Below, in pieces: positions 47,062 to 56,580 of a stretch of DNA of 64,000 nt (position 1 is the first letter of the stretch; each line of letters opens with the position of its first letter). Position numbers and translations under genes: made by a program. Under the pieces are notes generated by a model that was not told where the DNA came from, ran no database searches, and worked only from the letters and a program-made list of their open reading frames with translations. The stretch is from Candidatus Lustribacter sp. (GTDB lineage: Bacteria > Vulcanimicrobiota > Vulcanimicrobiia > Vulcanimicrobiales > Vulcanimicrobiaceae), in the NCBI GenBank assembly GCA_965277805.1, contig OZ255842.1, forward strand, positions 2,016,001 to 2,080,000, given 5' to 3'.

Positions 47062-48642
47062 ATGGAAGGAAACCAGATGGAGCCCTATGACGTTGCAATC
47101 GTCGGCTACGGCCCGGTCGGTCAAAGCCTCGCGCTAGCGCTCGGCCGGCGTGGATACCGCGTCGTCGTTTTCGAACGTCACAAAGCGCTTTACGGTCAAG
47201 CCCGCGCCGGACACATCGACGGCGAGGTGATGCGCATTTTCCAGGGGCTCGGCGTCGCAGGCGAACTCGAACCGCTGATTTCCCCCGTAAACCGCTATGA
47301 AATGGTCGGTGCGAATTGGGAAGTGCTGCAACGCATCAACGCCGGCATCGCGACCGCCGGTTGGCGCAACAACTACCTGTTCTACCAGCCGGACGTTGAA
47401 GACATCCTCGACCGGGCCATCCGCGCACTGCCCGTGGTTACGGTCCGTCAAGGCTGCGAAGTGACCGCAATTGCGACCGAAGACGCCTCGGTCTCGATTT
47501 CAACGGTCGACCGTACGTCCGGTTCGCTCGAACACCACATTGCACGGTATCTGGTTGGAGCCGACGGAGCGCGCAGCCTCGTGCGCGAAGCGATGAACTT
47601 CACGACGACCGACCTCGGTCTCGCCCCAATCAATTTCTTGGTCGTCGACATCAAACAACACGACCCGACCGCGTCGATTCCCCGTATGGGCGAGCTGCGC
47701 CAAGTGCTCGATCCGAAGCGCCCTCGCCATGCATCGCGTTGGAACGGCCCGCTGCATTCGCGCACGGAGTTCATGCTCTTGCCAGGTGAAACGCCGGAGG
47801 AAATGTCGACTCCGGAGCGCTGCTGGGAACTGCTCAAGCAGTATTGGGACATCGACGCCGACAGCGGGGAACTGGTTCGCCACGCGGTCTACACATTCGA
47901 GACGAAGCTGGCCGACCAGTGGCGCCGCGGACCCGTCTTTCTAGCCGGCGACGCGGCGCATATCATGCCGCCGTTTCTCGGGCAAGGCATGTGTTCGGGC
48001 TTGCGCGACGTCGTGAACCTGGCGTGGCGGCTCGATCTGGTCTTGCGCGGACAGTGTCGCGAGAACGTGCTGGAAGCGTATGAGACGGAACGCCGGCCGC
48101 ACGTAAAAGGCATCATCGAAGGCTCGGCGGTCATCGCCGAGGAGTGCAACGTCCTCGATCCTGAAGCGGCCCGTTGGCGCGACGACGCGTTGCGCGCCCG
48201 GCCGGCCGACCACTCGTTCGAGCGCAGACTCATCGCAGGCACTCTTTCCTCCGCGTCGCCGCTCGCCGGACAACCCTTCCTTCAGGGCCGCGTCCACGAT
48301 GACGGCCGCACGGCATTACTCGACGATATTCTCGGTCACGGGTGGCGGCTGATAACGCAACGCCAGATTCCTGATGATGCGCTCGACGCGGGTGCTCGGC
48401 GCGTGCTCGATGCACTCGACGCGAAGGTCGTGCTGATCAGCCGCGGACGCGTTCCGGGCGGCTACCTCGATCTCGATGCGACCTACGACCAGTGGTTCTA
48501 TGCCACCGGAATGCAGTTCGCGCTTGAACGTCCCGACCATTACCTCTTCGGAGCGGGATCTTTTGCGCAACTAGCGGAGATGCTTGACGACCTTGGCCGC
48601 CAGACATTTGCGTTACCGAGGCATGCCGAAACCGTAAGCTAA
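47062..48642 (+). CDS. FAD-dependent aromatic hydroxylase, MhpA-like
   Basis: DVAIVGYGPVG, FYQPDVE, VGADGARS, LAGDAAHIMPPFLGQGMCSGLRD, RPDHY. Confidence 0.92.
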   Translation: MEGNQMEPYDVAIVGYGPVGQSLALALGRRGYRVVVFERHKALYGQARAGHIDGEVMRIFQGLGVAGELEPLISPVNRYEMVGANWEVLQRINAGIATAGWRNNYLFYQPDVEDILDRAIRALPVVTVRQGCEVTAIATEDASVSISTVDRTSGSLEHHIARYLVGADGARSLVREAMNFTTTDLGLAPINFLVVDIKQHDPTASIPRMGELRQVLDPKRPRHASRWNGPLHSRTEFMLLPGETPEEMSTPERCWELLKQYWDIDADSGELVRHAVYTFETKLADQWRRGPVFLAGDAAHIMPPFLGQGMCSGLRDVVNLAWRLDLVLRGQCRENVLEAYETERRPHVKGIIEGSAVIAEECNVLDPEAARWRDDALRARPADHSFERRLIAGTLSSASPLAGQPFLQGRVHDDGRTALLDDILGHGWRLITQRQIPDDALDAGARRVLDALDAKVVLISRGRVPGGYLDLDATYDQWFYATGMQFALERPDHYLFGAGSFAQLAEMLDDLGRQTFALPRHAETVS

Positions 48643-48649
48643 AAGCTCG

Positions 48650-49645
48650 ATGAACATGAACGCGCCGCACGCCGTCGATTGCCATCATCATTTCGTTCCG
48701 GCCGAGCTCTTCGCGAATCTCGAACGATACACCGCGCCTGGTATCACCATATCGAGAGGTTCGGACTATATCGATTTCGGCTACGGCGACCAAATCACGC
48801 GGATGTCGAACGTTTTTTCCGACTTGCCCGCCCAAGTACGCGACCTCGACGCGGCCGGAATAAAAACCGCCATTTTATCGGCAAGCATCCTGCAGTCGTG
48901 GCTCAATCTCGATGGCGCAAAACTCTATAATTTAGAGCTCGCCGCGGCGCAACAACGATATCCGCAACGCTTTCTCGGGCTCGCGCACGTTCCACCGTTC
49001 GGCGAGCCGGGGAATCTTGCCGAACTCGAGCGAGCCATCAAAGATTACAAGCTGGCCGGCGTTTGTATCACATCGTCGTTCCGCGGGCGTTATCCCGATG
49101 ATGAATTATACGAGCCGTTCTACGCGACCGTAAATCGGCTGAACGTCCCCATTTTCGTTCATGCCGCACTCTGCCCGATCGATGCGCCGCAGCTCGAGTC
49201 CTACAAGCTTGGCGAGACCCTTGGCCGCGCATTGGATCACACGCTGGTCACGGCGCGAGTGCTCTACAGCGGCGTGCTGGAACGCCATCCAAATGTGCAG
49301 TTCCTCATGGGACATTTGGGTGGAATGTTCTACGGAATGACCGACCGGTTGATGGTCCAAGCGCCGAACCGCCCGGGTGGTGCGGTTCCAAGACGGGATT
49401 ACGCCGCCCAAATGAAACGCATTTGGTACGACACCGCGCCTTCCGTTTGGAACGGCGCTTATGAAATCGAACACGCGACAAAAACGCTCGGGGTGAATCA
49501 ACTCTGTTTCGGATCAGATTATCCGATCGGCGAGCCGAAGATGGCGATGATCAACGCGTTAGGAGCACTCCGAAGAGTTCCCCTAACGTATTCAGATCTC
49601 CGCAAGATTGAGTCGGGAAACGCCGCGCAGCTCTTCCGCATGTAA
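48650..49645 (+). CDS. Amidohydrolase_2 family protein
   Basis: VDCHHH, IFVH, MGHLGG, WYDT, FGSDYP. Confidence 0.9.
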   Translation: MNMNAPHAVDCHHHFVPAELFANLERYTAPGITISRGSDYIDFGYGDQITRMSNVFSDLPAQVRDLDAAGIKTAILSASILQSWLNLDGAKLYNLELAAAQQRYPQRFLGLAHVPPFGEPGNLAELERAIKDYKLAGVCITSSFRGRYPDDELYEPFYATVNRLNVPIFVHAALCPIDAPQLESYKLGETLGRALDHTLVTARVLYSGVLERHPNVQFLMGHLGGMFYGMTDRLMVQAPNRPGGAVPRRDYAAQMKRIWYDTAPSVWNGAYEIEHATKTLGVNQLCFGSDYPIGEPKMAMINALGALRRVPLTYSDLRKIESGNAAQLFRM

Positions 49646-49649
49646 GGGA

Positions 49650-50453
49650 TCACGCCGGCTTCCGTTTTTCAAGTTCCTTTAGGATCGGACGGATCTCGGC
49701 AGCGAACGTCGCCGGATCGGTCGTGTACGCGATATGGTTGCCGGACAACGTATAGACCGGACAACCAACGCCCGCGGCTACGGCGTCCGCCGAACGCGCG
49801 TAAAAGGCCCCTTCGCTGAGCTTACCCTTACTCGCGACGAGGTTGATGCCGTTGCGCTTGATCCGATCGAAGTCCGGCCAATAGTAACAGAGGCTCATAT
49901 GTTCGTTCGCGAGGAAGAAGTCTGCGTCATCGCCCTGCGGCCGCGGAGGGCCGCTGCCAGCGGCCATGCCGACCATATTACTCGCGAGCAATTTGCCGGC
50001 GGCACCGGCTCCCTCACGGCAATAGAGGTCGTCAACCTTGCGGTTGAACTGCATTAGGGCATCGCGATCGTCGAGAGCGCAGATCGTTATCGGTTCGTGA
50101 ACGATCATGCCGAGCACGACTTCCGGGTAACGTTCGGCGACTTTCAGCGCGATCGCGGCGCCCGCGCTATTGCCAAGAATGTAGGCTTGGCGCGCCCCTA
50201 AGTCGCGAAGTACGGCGACGGCGTCGGAAGCCTGTTGCGTTAGATCCATCGGCCGGCTGTTGTCGCCGGTGCTGCGTCCACAACACCTGCGATCGTAGCG
50301 CACCACGGTATAGTCGGTTTTGAGGATGTCAGAAAGGCCGGCATATCGCCCGCCCGTCCCGCCGCGAGCGGCAATGGTGAGCAATACTGCCCCGGCGCCT
50401 TCGTAGTCGTAGACGATATCGGCGCCGTCGGTGGTTACCGTGCTGGTTTGCAT
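49650..50453 (-). CDS. Alpha/beta hydrolase
   Basis: YDRRCCGRS, GNSAG nucleophile elbow, HEP, GNH. Confidence 0.88.
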   Translation of the reverse strand: MQTSTVTTDGADIVYDYEGAGAVLLTIAARGGTGGRYAGLSDILKTDYTVVRYDRRCCGRSTGDNSRPMDLTQQASDAVAVLRDLGARQAYILGNSAGAAIALKVAERYPEVVLGMIVHEPITICALDDRDALMQFNRKVDDLYCREGAGAAGKLLASNMVGMAAGSGPPRPQGDDADFFLANEHMSLCYYWPDFDRIKRNGINLVASKGKLSEGAFYARSADAVAAGVGCPVYTLSGNHIAYTTDPATFAAEIRPILKELEKRKPA

Positions 50454-51382
50454 TACGAAGCGATCGTGTACGCGGCGGCCGCGTCGGCGACGATCGGATT
50501 GCGAAGAATTCCGAGGCCCGTGATCTCGACTTCGCAGATATCTCCGGCGCGCATGTGAACTGCACCCGGAACGCCGAGCGGGCCGTGACCGGTGCCGGCG
50601 GGAGCAGCCGCCGGTGCGGCATCCTCACTTGGCAGAGCACCGGGAGTTCCCATGAAGATGAGATCTCCCGGGAGAACGGTCGACCCTTCGGAGATGTAAC
50701 TGATCACCTGCTCCACTCCGAACCGCATGTCGGATAGCGACGAGCGCTGTCGCGTCTTGCCGTTCAAGCGCGTCTGAACGTCGGCTTTTGCGACGTCGCC
50801 GAACTCCTCCGGCGTCATCAGCCACGGACCGTAACTGCCGGAGCGCTCGAAGTTTTTCCCGAGGCCAAACTGCCGGTTATGCGTCTGATACTCACGCACG
50901 GAGCCTTCGTTTCCGACCGTAAAGCCGGCGACATGGTCGAGCGCCCTCTCCGGTGGTATATGCCGGCCGGCGCGGCCGATAACGACAACCAGCTCGCCTT
51001 CGTAATCGAAGCGCCGCGATATGCTCTCGGGCGGGGCGAGGAGGGCCCGGCCCGCACCGACGAGCGAGAGCGGCGTGCGGAGGAAGAGATGCGGATAGCG
51101 ATCTGATGTCGTGAGTCCCGTCTCCGCGATGTGCGCCTCAAAGTTTAGCGCGAGGGCCCAAATGGCGTTCGGCCGGCGCACCAGAGGTACCATTTCTATG
51201 TCTGTTATACGTCCGGTCGGTTGCCGGCCTCGGATGGATCGTTCGAGCGAAGCCAGCCCGGAAGTGTCCGCGAGGATGCTCTGGAGATCCGATACGCCGT
51301 GCGCTACTTCGATGAATTCTTCGTCGGAGGTCATGACGCCGAGCCGCTCGGCGCCTCCAGCTGTGAAGGCAATGACTCTCAT
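50453..51382 (-). CDS. Fumarylacetoacetate hydrolase family protein
   Basis: DYEGEL..VIG, NEGSVR, GKNF, GPW, PGDLIFMGTP. Confidence 0.92.
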   Translation of the reverse strand: MRVIAFTAGGAERLGVMTSDEEFIEVAHGVSDLQSILADTSGLASLERSIRGRQPTGRITDIEMVPLVRRPNAIWALALNFEAHIAETGLTTSDRYPHLFLRTPLSLVGAGRALLAPPESISRRFDYEGELVVVIGRAGRHIPPERALDHVAGFTVGNEGSVREYQTHNRQFGLGKNFERSGSYGPWLMTPEEFGDVAKADVQTRLNGKTRQRSSLSDMRFGVEQVISYISEGSTVLPGDLIFMGTPGALPSEDAAPAAAPAGTGHGPLGVPGAVHMRAGDICEVEITGLGILRNPIVADAAAAYTIAS

Positions 51383-51529
51383 GATGATTCCGTCCGCTTC
51401 CCATTACGTCATAACCCAGCCGTCACGACAAACCGCAACGCTGGAGGACAGTTATTCCTCTATACGTAACGAAGCATGAAATACGTAATCAACCAGAAAT
51501 TGCCCTGCCGCCGACTGGAGTCTCGTTTC

Positions 51530-52297
51530 ATGACACAGCTTGCGTTCCAAAAATTCGGAACCGGACCCAAGGTGGTTTTGGGGCTGCACGGCTGGCATGG
51601 CGGCCGTTGGAGTTTCGAACCGCTTCTGCCGTCACTCGACCTCGAGAATTTCACCTGGATCTGCCCCGAGTTCCGAGGATATGGCCAGTCCTCACATCTC
51701 AGCGGGCAATTCACCATGGCCGAAGCCGCGCGTGACTGCGCTGAGATCCTCAGGGCCGAAGGCATCGAGCATTGCTATTTACTCGGTCACTCGATGGGCG
51801 CAAAGATCGCACAGTTGATCGCTCTTGACGGCGGCATCGTCGTCGATGGGCTGCTGGCGGTTACGCCCGTCCCGGCCAACGGCGTACCTTTCGATCAGGC
51901 GACGTTCAATTTTTTCTCCGAATCGACGCGCTCCTCCGACGGCGTAAAACGTGTGCTCGAGAATGCAACGGCTGGACGTCTTGGCAACGCCTGGCTCCAA
52001 CGACAAGCCGAACTCACGTTTGCGAACAGCAGTCCCGACGTGCTCCTCACGTATTTCAAGGACTGGGCGAACGACGACTTCAGCCATCGAGTGAAAGGCC
52101 TAGCCGTCAAGACCCTGGTGATCATCGGCCAACACGATCAGTCGATCTCCCAACCGGTTATGGAGCACACCTACCTCGCTTGGCTACCGAATTGTGCGCT
52201 TGAGACGGTTGATGGCGCCGGACACTATCCGATGGACGAGGCTCCGCTGAGGCTCGGCGCTCTGATCGACCGATTTCTTTCGAGCGCGAGCGTTTGA
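51530..52297 (+). CDS. Alpha/beta hydrolase
   Basis: LHGW, RGYG.S, GHSMG, GQHD, AGHYP; GGAG RBS. Confidence 0.9.
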   Translation: MTQLAFQKFGTGPKVVLGLHGWHGGRWSFEPLLPSLDLENFTWICPEFRGYGQSSHLSGQFTMAEAARDCAEILRAEGIEHCYLLGHSMGAKIAQLIALDGGIVVDGLLAVTPVPANGVPFDQATFNFFSESTRSSDGVKRVLENATAGRLGNAWLQRQAELTFANSSPDVLLTYFKDWANDDFSHRVKGLAVKTLVIIGQHDQSISQPVMEHTYLAWLPNCALETVDGAGHYPMDEAPLRLGALIDRFLSSASV

Positions 52298-52332
52298 GGG
52301 GATAGAGCCCAGCCCATCGGAGGATTTCACTG

Positions 52333-53301
52333 ATGCTCACTGTCAAGAACCCCGTGCGCGTTCCACCGGCGATGCGCTCGCGCCTCATGCTGGAAGCGGT
52401 GTCCGAGTTAGTCGCCGCTGATGAATGGCCGCAGAGGCAGGTTATGATTCTCATGCGCGCGCAGGGTGATTCGCAGTGGCGAACCCGCTTTTTTGCGAGC
52501 GATTCGCCGCAATCCGTAGACGCGGTTATCAACGGCGAGGCGGATATCGCGATCTGCAATCCCGGCGGCGTGCTCGGCATGGCTTTGCGCGGCAGCGGTC
52601 CCTTCAAAAAGGCGTACCCGCTCCGCTCGATCATGGTTATCCCGCAATTCGATCAGCTCGCATTTGCGCTAAGCGCAAAAACGCCGATCACATCGTTCGG
52701 CGAGCTCAAACGTACTCGATATCCGCTTAAGGTTTCACTGCGGGGACAGCCCGATCACTCGGTGCACTTCGTCTGCAATCACGTGCTCAGCGTGTACGGG
52801 ATTTCCCTAAGCGACATCGAGTCCTGGGGCGGTAAGGTTCTGTATACCGAAGGGCTACCATTCGTTGACGAACGGCTTGGTGCCGTGGAGCGCGGCGAGA
52901 TCGATGCGGTCTTTGATGAAGCCCTGCCGCTCTGGGGTCCACGGGCGATCGATATGGGCATGCGCTTCCTGCCGGTCGACGAGCCGGAACTTGCGACGCT
53001 TGAAGCGGACGGGCTCAAGCGCGCGGCGATTACTGATGAAGAATATCCCGGCCTCGGGAAAACGGTGTGGACGGTCGATTTCAGCGGCTGGCCCGTATTC
53101 TGTCTCGATACAGCGCCTGACGAGATGATCTACAATTTTTGTGCGGCGCTTGAAGCGCGGAAAGACCGGATACCTTGGTTCGGCTCGGGTCCGCTGCCGC
53201 TCGAGAAACTGTGCCGGGACAGCAAAGAAGGCTCGCTTTTCCTGCCGCTTCATCCGGGGGCCGAACGCTTCTGGCGCGAGCGCGGCTATCTGACGAAATG
53301 A
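52333..53301 (+). CDS. TAXI-family TRAP solute-binding-like protein, no evident signal peptide
   Basis: GEADIAI, ITSFGEL, GEIDAVFDE, PLHPGAERFWRERGYL (TAXI C-terminal motif). Confidence 0.8.
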   Translation: MLTVKNPVRVPPAMRSRLMLEAVSELVAADEWPQRQVMILMRAQGDSQWRTRFFASDSPQSVDAVINGEADIAICNPGGVLGMALRGSGPFKKAYPLRSIMVIPQFDQLAFALSAKTPITSFGELKRTRYPLKVSLRGQPDHSVHFVCNHVLSVYGISLSDIESWGGKVLYTEGLPFVDERLGAVERGEIDAVFDEALPLWGPRAIDMGMRFLPVDEPELATLEADGLKRAAITDEEYPGLGKTVWTVDFSGWPVFCLDTAPDEMIYNFCAALEARKDRIPWFGSGPLPLEKLCRDSKEGSLFLPLHPGAERFWRERGYLTK

Positions 53302-54254
53302 CGCCATCGCGCACAATCGACGTCCATGCGCATGCTTTTAGTGCGACCTACGTCGATCTACTCGAAAAGTTCGGCGCTGCGAAAGAAGCCGTCTTCTCTG
53401 CCCGTCACGTACTCGCCGCGGCCTCCGACGCGGGCTTGACAGAGCGGCTCGCGAGAATGGACCAAGGCGGCGTCAAACGCCAAATCCTCTCGATGGCAGC
53501 GGCCACGCCGTACTTCGACGATGTCGCAGCGGGCGTTCACGCTTCCCGCTTCCTGAACGACGAGCTGGCGGGACTGTGCCGTAAGCATCCTTCACGGTTC
53601 TCTTTTTTCGCGACGCTGCCCATGCCGCACGTTGATGCCTCCCTGAAGGAGCTCGACCGCGCGCTCGCCGGGCCGGGAGCCGTCGGCGTGACCTTCACGA
53701 CCAACATTCGCGGCCGTTCGCTAACCGATCCCGCATTCTCGGACGTGTTCGCCGAACTCGACCGCCGCGGTTCGGTCGTCTTTCTTCATCCGCCCGGATA
53801 CGGGTGCGCGTCAGCTCTCATCCGTGAAAGCAACCTTTCTTGGGCACTCGGCGCGCCGGTTGAAGATGCTTTATGCGCATTGCAGCTCATGCAAGCCGAC
53901 TTCCCGCGCCGCTATCCGAATGTGAAGATCATCTTGCCGCACTTGGCGGGATTTCTTGCGCATCTGCGCTTTCGTTTTGATCGCAGCCCGGAGCTGCTTG
54001 GGCCCGGCGGGGAATTGCCGAGCACGCAAATGCGAAAATTCTGGTACGATAGCAGCAACGGCGAGCCCGAATCGCTAAAGCACGCTGTAACCGCGTTCGG
54101 CGTCGACCGCATCCTGTTGGGCACGGATTACCCCTATTGGATCGGGCCGGATTACGATCACTCGGTCACGTACCCGGCCTTGGCCGGCCTCGAGGACGGC
54201 GAAGTTGCTGCAATCCAATACGGCAATGCGCGTTCGTTACTGGGCGTTACGTGA
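53298..54254 (+). CDS. Amidohydrolase_2 family protein
   Basis: IDVHAH, VFLHP, ILPHLAG, FWYD, LGTDYPY; ATGA overlap. Confidence 0.9.
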   Translation: MTPSRTIDVHAHAFSATYVDLLEKFGAAKEAVFSARHVLAAASDAGLTERLARMDQGGVKRQILSMAAATPYFDDVAAGVHASRFLNDELAGLCRKHPSRFSFFATLPMPHVDASLKELDRALAGPGAVGVTFTTNIRGRSLTDPAFSDVFAELDRRGSVVFLHPPGYGCASALIRESNLSWALGAPVEDALCALQLMQADFPRRYPNVKIILPHLAGFLAHLRFRFDRSPELLGPGGELPSTQMRKFWYDSSNGEPESLKHAVTAFGVDRILLGTDYPYWIGPDYDHSVTYPALAGLEDGEVAAIQYGNARSLLGVT

Positions 54255-54279
54255 CGCCAGGTCTGCCGGCCTAAAAGCG

Positions 54280-55473
54280 TTAGTGTCCGGCGAGCGGAAT
54301 TCCGCGCGGACGGCTCGCCCGAACGAAGTCATCTTTCTTCGCGTCCCACTCGGCCATCTCGAGGCCGTTTTCACCGATTCCGCGCTGGTCCCCCGAACTG
54401 AAATCATAGATTCCGTTGATTCCGACCCAGCCGTGCAGGTGCACGATGTAGTCGTGAATCTGGTTCGCCGTTGCGTCCGGTCCAAGATGCCGCAAGGCGC
54501 CCACGAAGATCATAATGGGGTCCCACGCTAGGTCCGTGGCGACGTCAGCGCGCACTCCCACGCGTTTCATCGAAGTGATGTGCACACGTTGCGCATCGCG
54601 AACGGGGCCCGGCGGAGTCTCGTTCGGCGTCATGGCGGTTGGCGCCGAAAAGAATAGTCGTTTGGGAAGAAACGCGCCCATGCCGTGCAACTGACCGTAG
54701 ACCATATTTGATCCGGAGATTTGCACCGGCACGGTATTACCCGCATCATTGAGCGCGCGCAACACGGTCGCAACCGGCGTACCGGTAGCCCACACAAGAA
54801 TCGCGTCGGGTTTTGCAGCTTCAATGGTTGCGATTTGTGCGGTGACGCTGACGTCGGACGGCGCAAAATTCTGGTGAGCGACGATAGTGACGCCGCGATT
54901 TTCAGGTTCTGCCACCGCGGCGATCGTTTGCACGTCTTGCTGCTGACTGGATGCGTCTGTCGCGGCGATCAAGGCGAGTCGCGTCCAACTGCGGAGCCGG
55001 AAGTATCGAATAACGACGTGCACGACCGAATTGGTGTTCGCATTCGTCGAAAACCCGTAGCTAAAGGGCGGCGGGCTAAAGGCCGGTGACAGGCAGTAAT
55101 CGACCGGCCCTCCCTTCGCGATTAGCGGCAACGAGGCGTTACAGACGGGTGCGGGCCCGCCATCAAAAAACAACGTTGCGTGGCGATCGATAAAGCCTTG
55201 TACGATTTGCAGCGCAACCGGCCCCGATGTTTGCGAATCAGCTGTCGTGATCTTGAGCGGGCGACCGCGAATGCCACCGGTCTCATTGACGAGAAGTTCA
55301 GCAGCGCGAAATGCGTTGGCGAATGACGCCCCGATGAAAGCGCCGCCGCCCGTTAGCGGAATCACGGCATTGATCTCGACCGGAGCTACGCTCGTCGGAG
55401 CTGCTGCCCCAAGCATCGTCGCCAGACCAAATAACGCGAGCGCCATGCGCACGTGAAGCGCTTTGCAGATCAT
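54280..55473 (-). CDS. ABC substrate-binding protein, LivJ-like
   Basis: Close paralog of 33313-34527; start uncertain (55446, 55473 or 55491). Confidence 0.9.
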   Translation of the reverse strand: MICKALHVRMALALFGLATMLGAAAPTSVAPVEINAVIPLTGGGAFIGASFANAFRAAELLVNETGGIRGRPLKITTADSQTSGPVALQIVQGFIDRHATLFFDGGPAPVCNASLPLIAKGGPVDYCLSPAFSPPPFSYGFSTNANTNSVVHVVIRYFRLRSWTRLALIAATDASSQQQDVQTIAAVAEPENRGVTIVAHQNFAPSDVSVTAQIATIEAAKPDAILVWATGTPVATVLRALNDAGNTVPVQISGSNMVYGQLHGMGAFLPKRLFFSAPTAMTPNETPPGPVRDAQRVHITSMKRVGVRADVATDLAWDPIMIFVGALRHLGPDATANQIHDYIVHLHGWVGINGIYDFSSGDQRGIGENGLEMAEWDAKKDDFVRASRPRGIPLAGH

Positions 55474-55495
55474 GAACGCACGGGTCTGCATCGAA

Positions 55496-56542
55496 CTACA
55501 CCAGTACGTTCTCGGGTTGCTGTTCATTTTTCAGCATTGCATCGATCGTTCGGCGCATGCTGACGCGTGCGCCATCCGTGTGAGTGTTCACTAACCCTTC
55601 TTCCTCACCGAGCTCGGTATAGCGGAGCTGCTGCTCTTCGATCATGACCTTATCTTCGGCGATGACCGCTCGCGTCGTCTCTAGAGCGCGTTCGGCGGTG
55701 TGAGGATCGTCGTGCCCGAATCCCGTGGCGATTGACAAAAAGTACGTGCAGGTCGTCGCGGTTTCCGGAGTTATTCCATGGAAAACCCGTATGTTAAATC
55801 CGCCGTCGCGGTGCCCTCGATCGTAGGCGCCCGTGTTGGCATCGACCGCGCCGGCCCAGTGCTTGACCACGCTAGGTGCGATCAACTCGAACTCTTGCCA
55901 GCGGTCGACGTTGCCGGAGAACGGGACCTGCATTTGAATCATCGGTGATGGCGGCCCGTCGAGAATCCAACGCGTAAACTTGAGGCCGCGCGGCGTCAGT
56001 TCGGTCGCCGTTTTGGCATCAGCATGGGCGCTTGGTACGCCACCGATCGTCGGATGATGCACGTAACCGACGTGCGTAAGATCCATGAGGTTGTCGATCA
56101 GGAGAATCCAACTCGCCTTGATCGGTACGGCCATTTTTCGATACGGCCAGTTCGCCGGGTCGCTGTGGAACGGATAGTCGACGATCAAGCTCGGATCGGC
56201 GACGGCATCTCCCATCCAAATCCAGATGATCGCGTTCTTTTCGACTACGGGAAAACTTCGCACCGCAGTCGCCGGCGGAATGTGCGTTTGTCCGGGGATA
56301 GCCACGCATTTGCCTGCGCCGTTAAAGACGAGACCATGGTAGCCGCATTCCAATCCACCCGCCGTGACCTGGCCACGACTCAACGGAGCCGCCCGATGAC
56401 AGCACCGGTCGAGTAGGGCCGCCGGCGCACCGTCAGCACTCCGAAATAAAACCACCGGAACGTCGCAGATTCGTCGAGCGATCGGATTTTCACCGAGTTC
56501 GTCAGCCCAGGTCGCAACGTACCATGCATTTTTTACGAGCAT
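55496..56542 (-). CDS. Rieske oxygenase alpha subunit, VanA-like
   Basis: KNAWYVA, CCHR...CGYHG, DNLMDLTHVGYVH, TPETAT; GGAG RBS. Confidence 0.92.
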   Translation of the reverse strand: MLVKNAWYVATWADELGENPIARRICDVPVVLFRSADGAPAALLDRCCHRAAPLSRGQVTAGGLECGYHGLVFNGAGKCVAIPGQTHIPPATAVRSFPVVEKNAIIWIWMGDAVADPSLIVDYPFHSDPANWPYRKMAVPIKASWILLIDNLMDLTHVGYVHHPTIGGVPSAHADAKTATELTPRGLKFTRWILDGPPSPMIQMQVPFSGNVDRWQEFELIAPSVVKHWAGAVDANTGAYDRGHRDGGFNIRVFHGITPETATTCTYFLSIATGFGHDDPHTAERALETTRAVIAEDKVMIEEQQLRYTELGEEEGLVNTHTDGARVSMRRTIDAMLKNEQQPENVLV

Positions 56543-56580
56543 GTTCATCTCCAGCGTGGCGCAGATAGGGGCGCTTCGTG

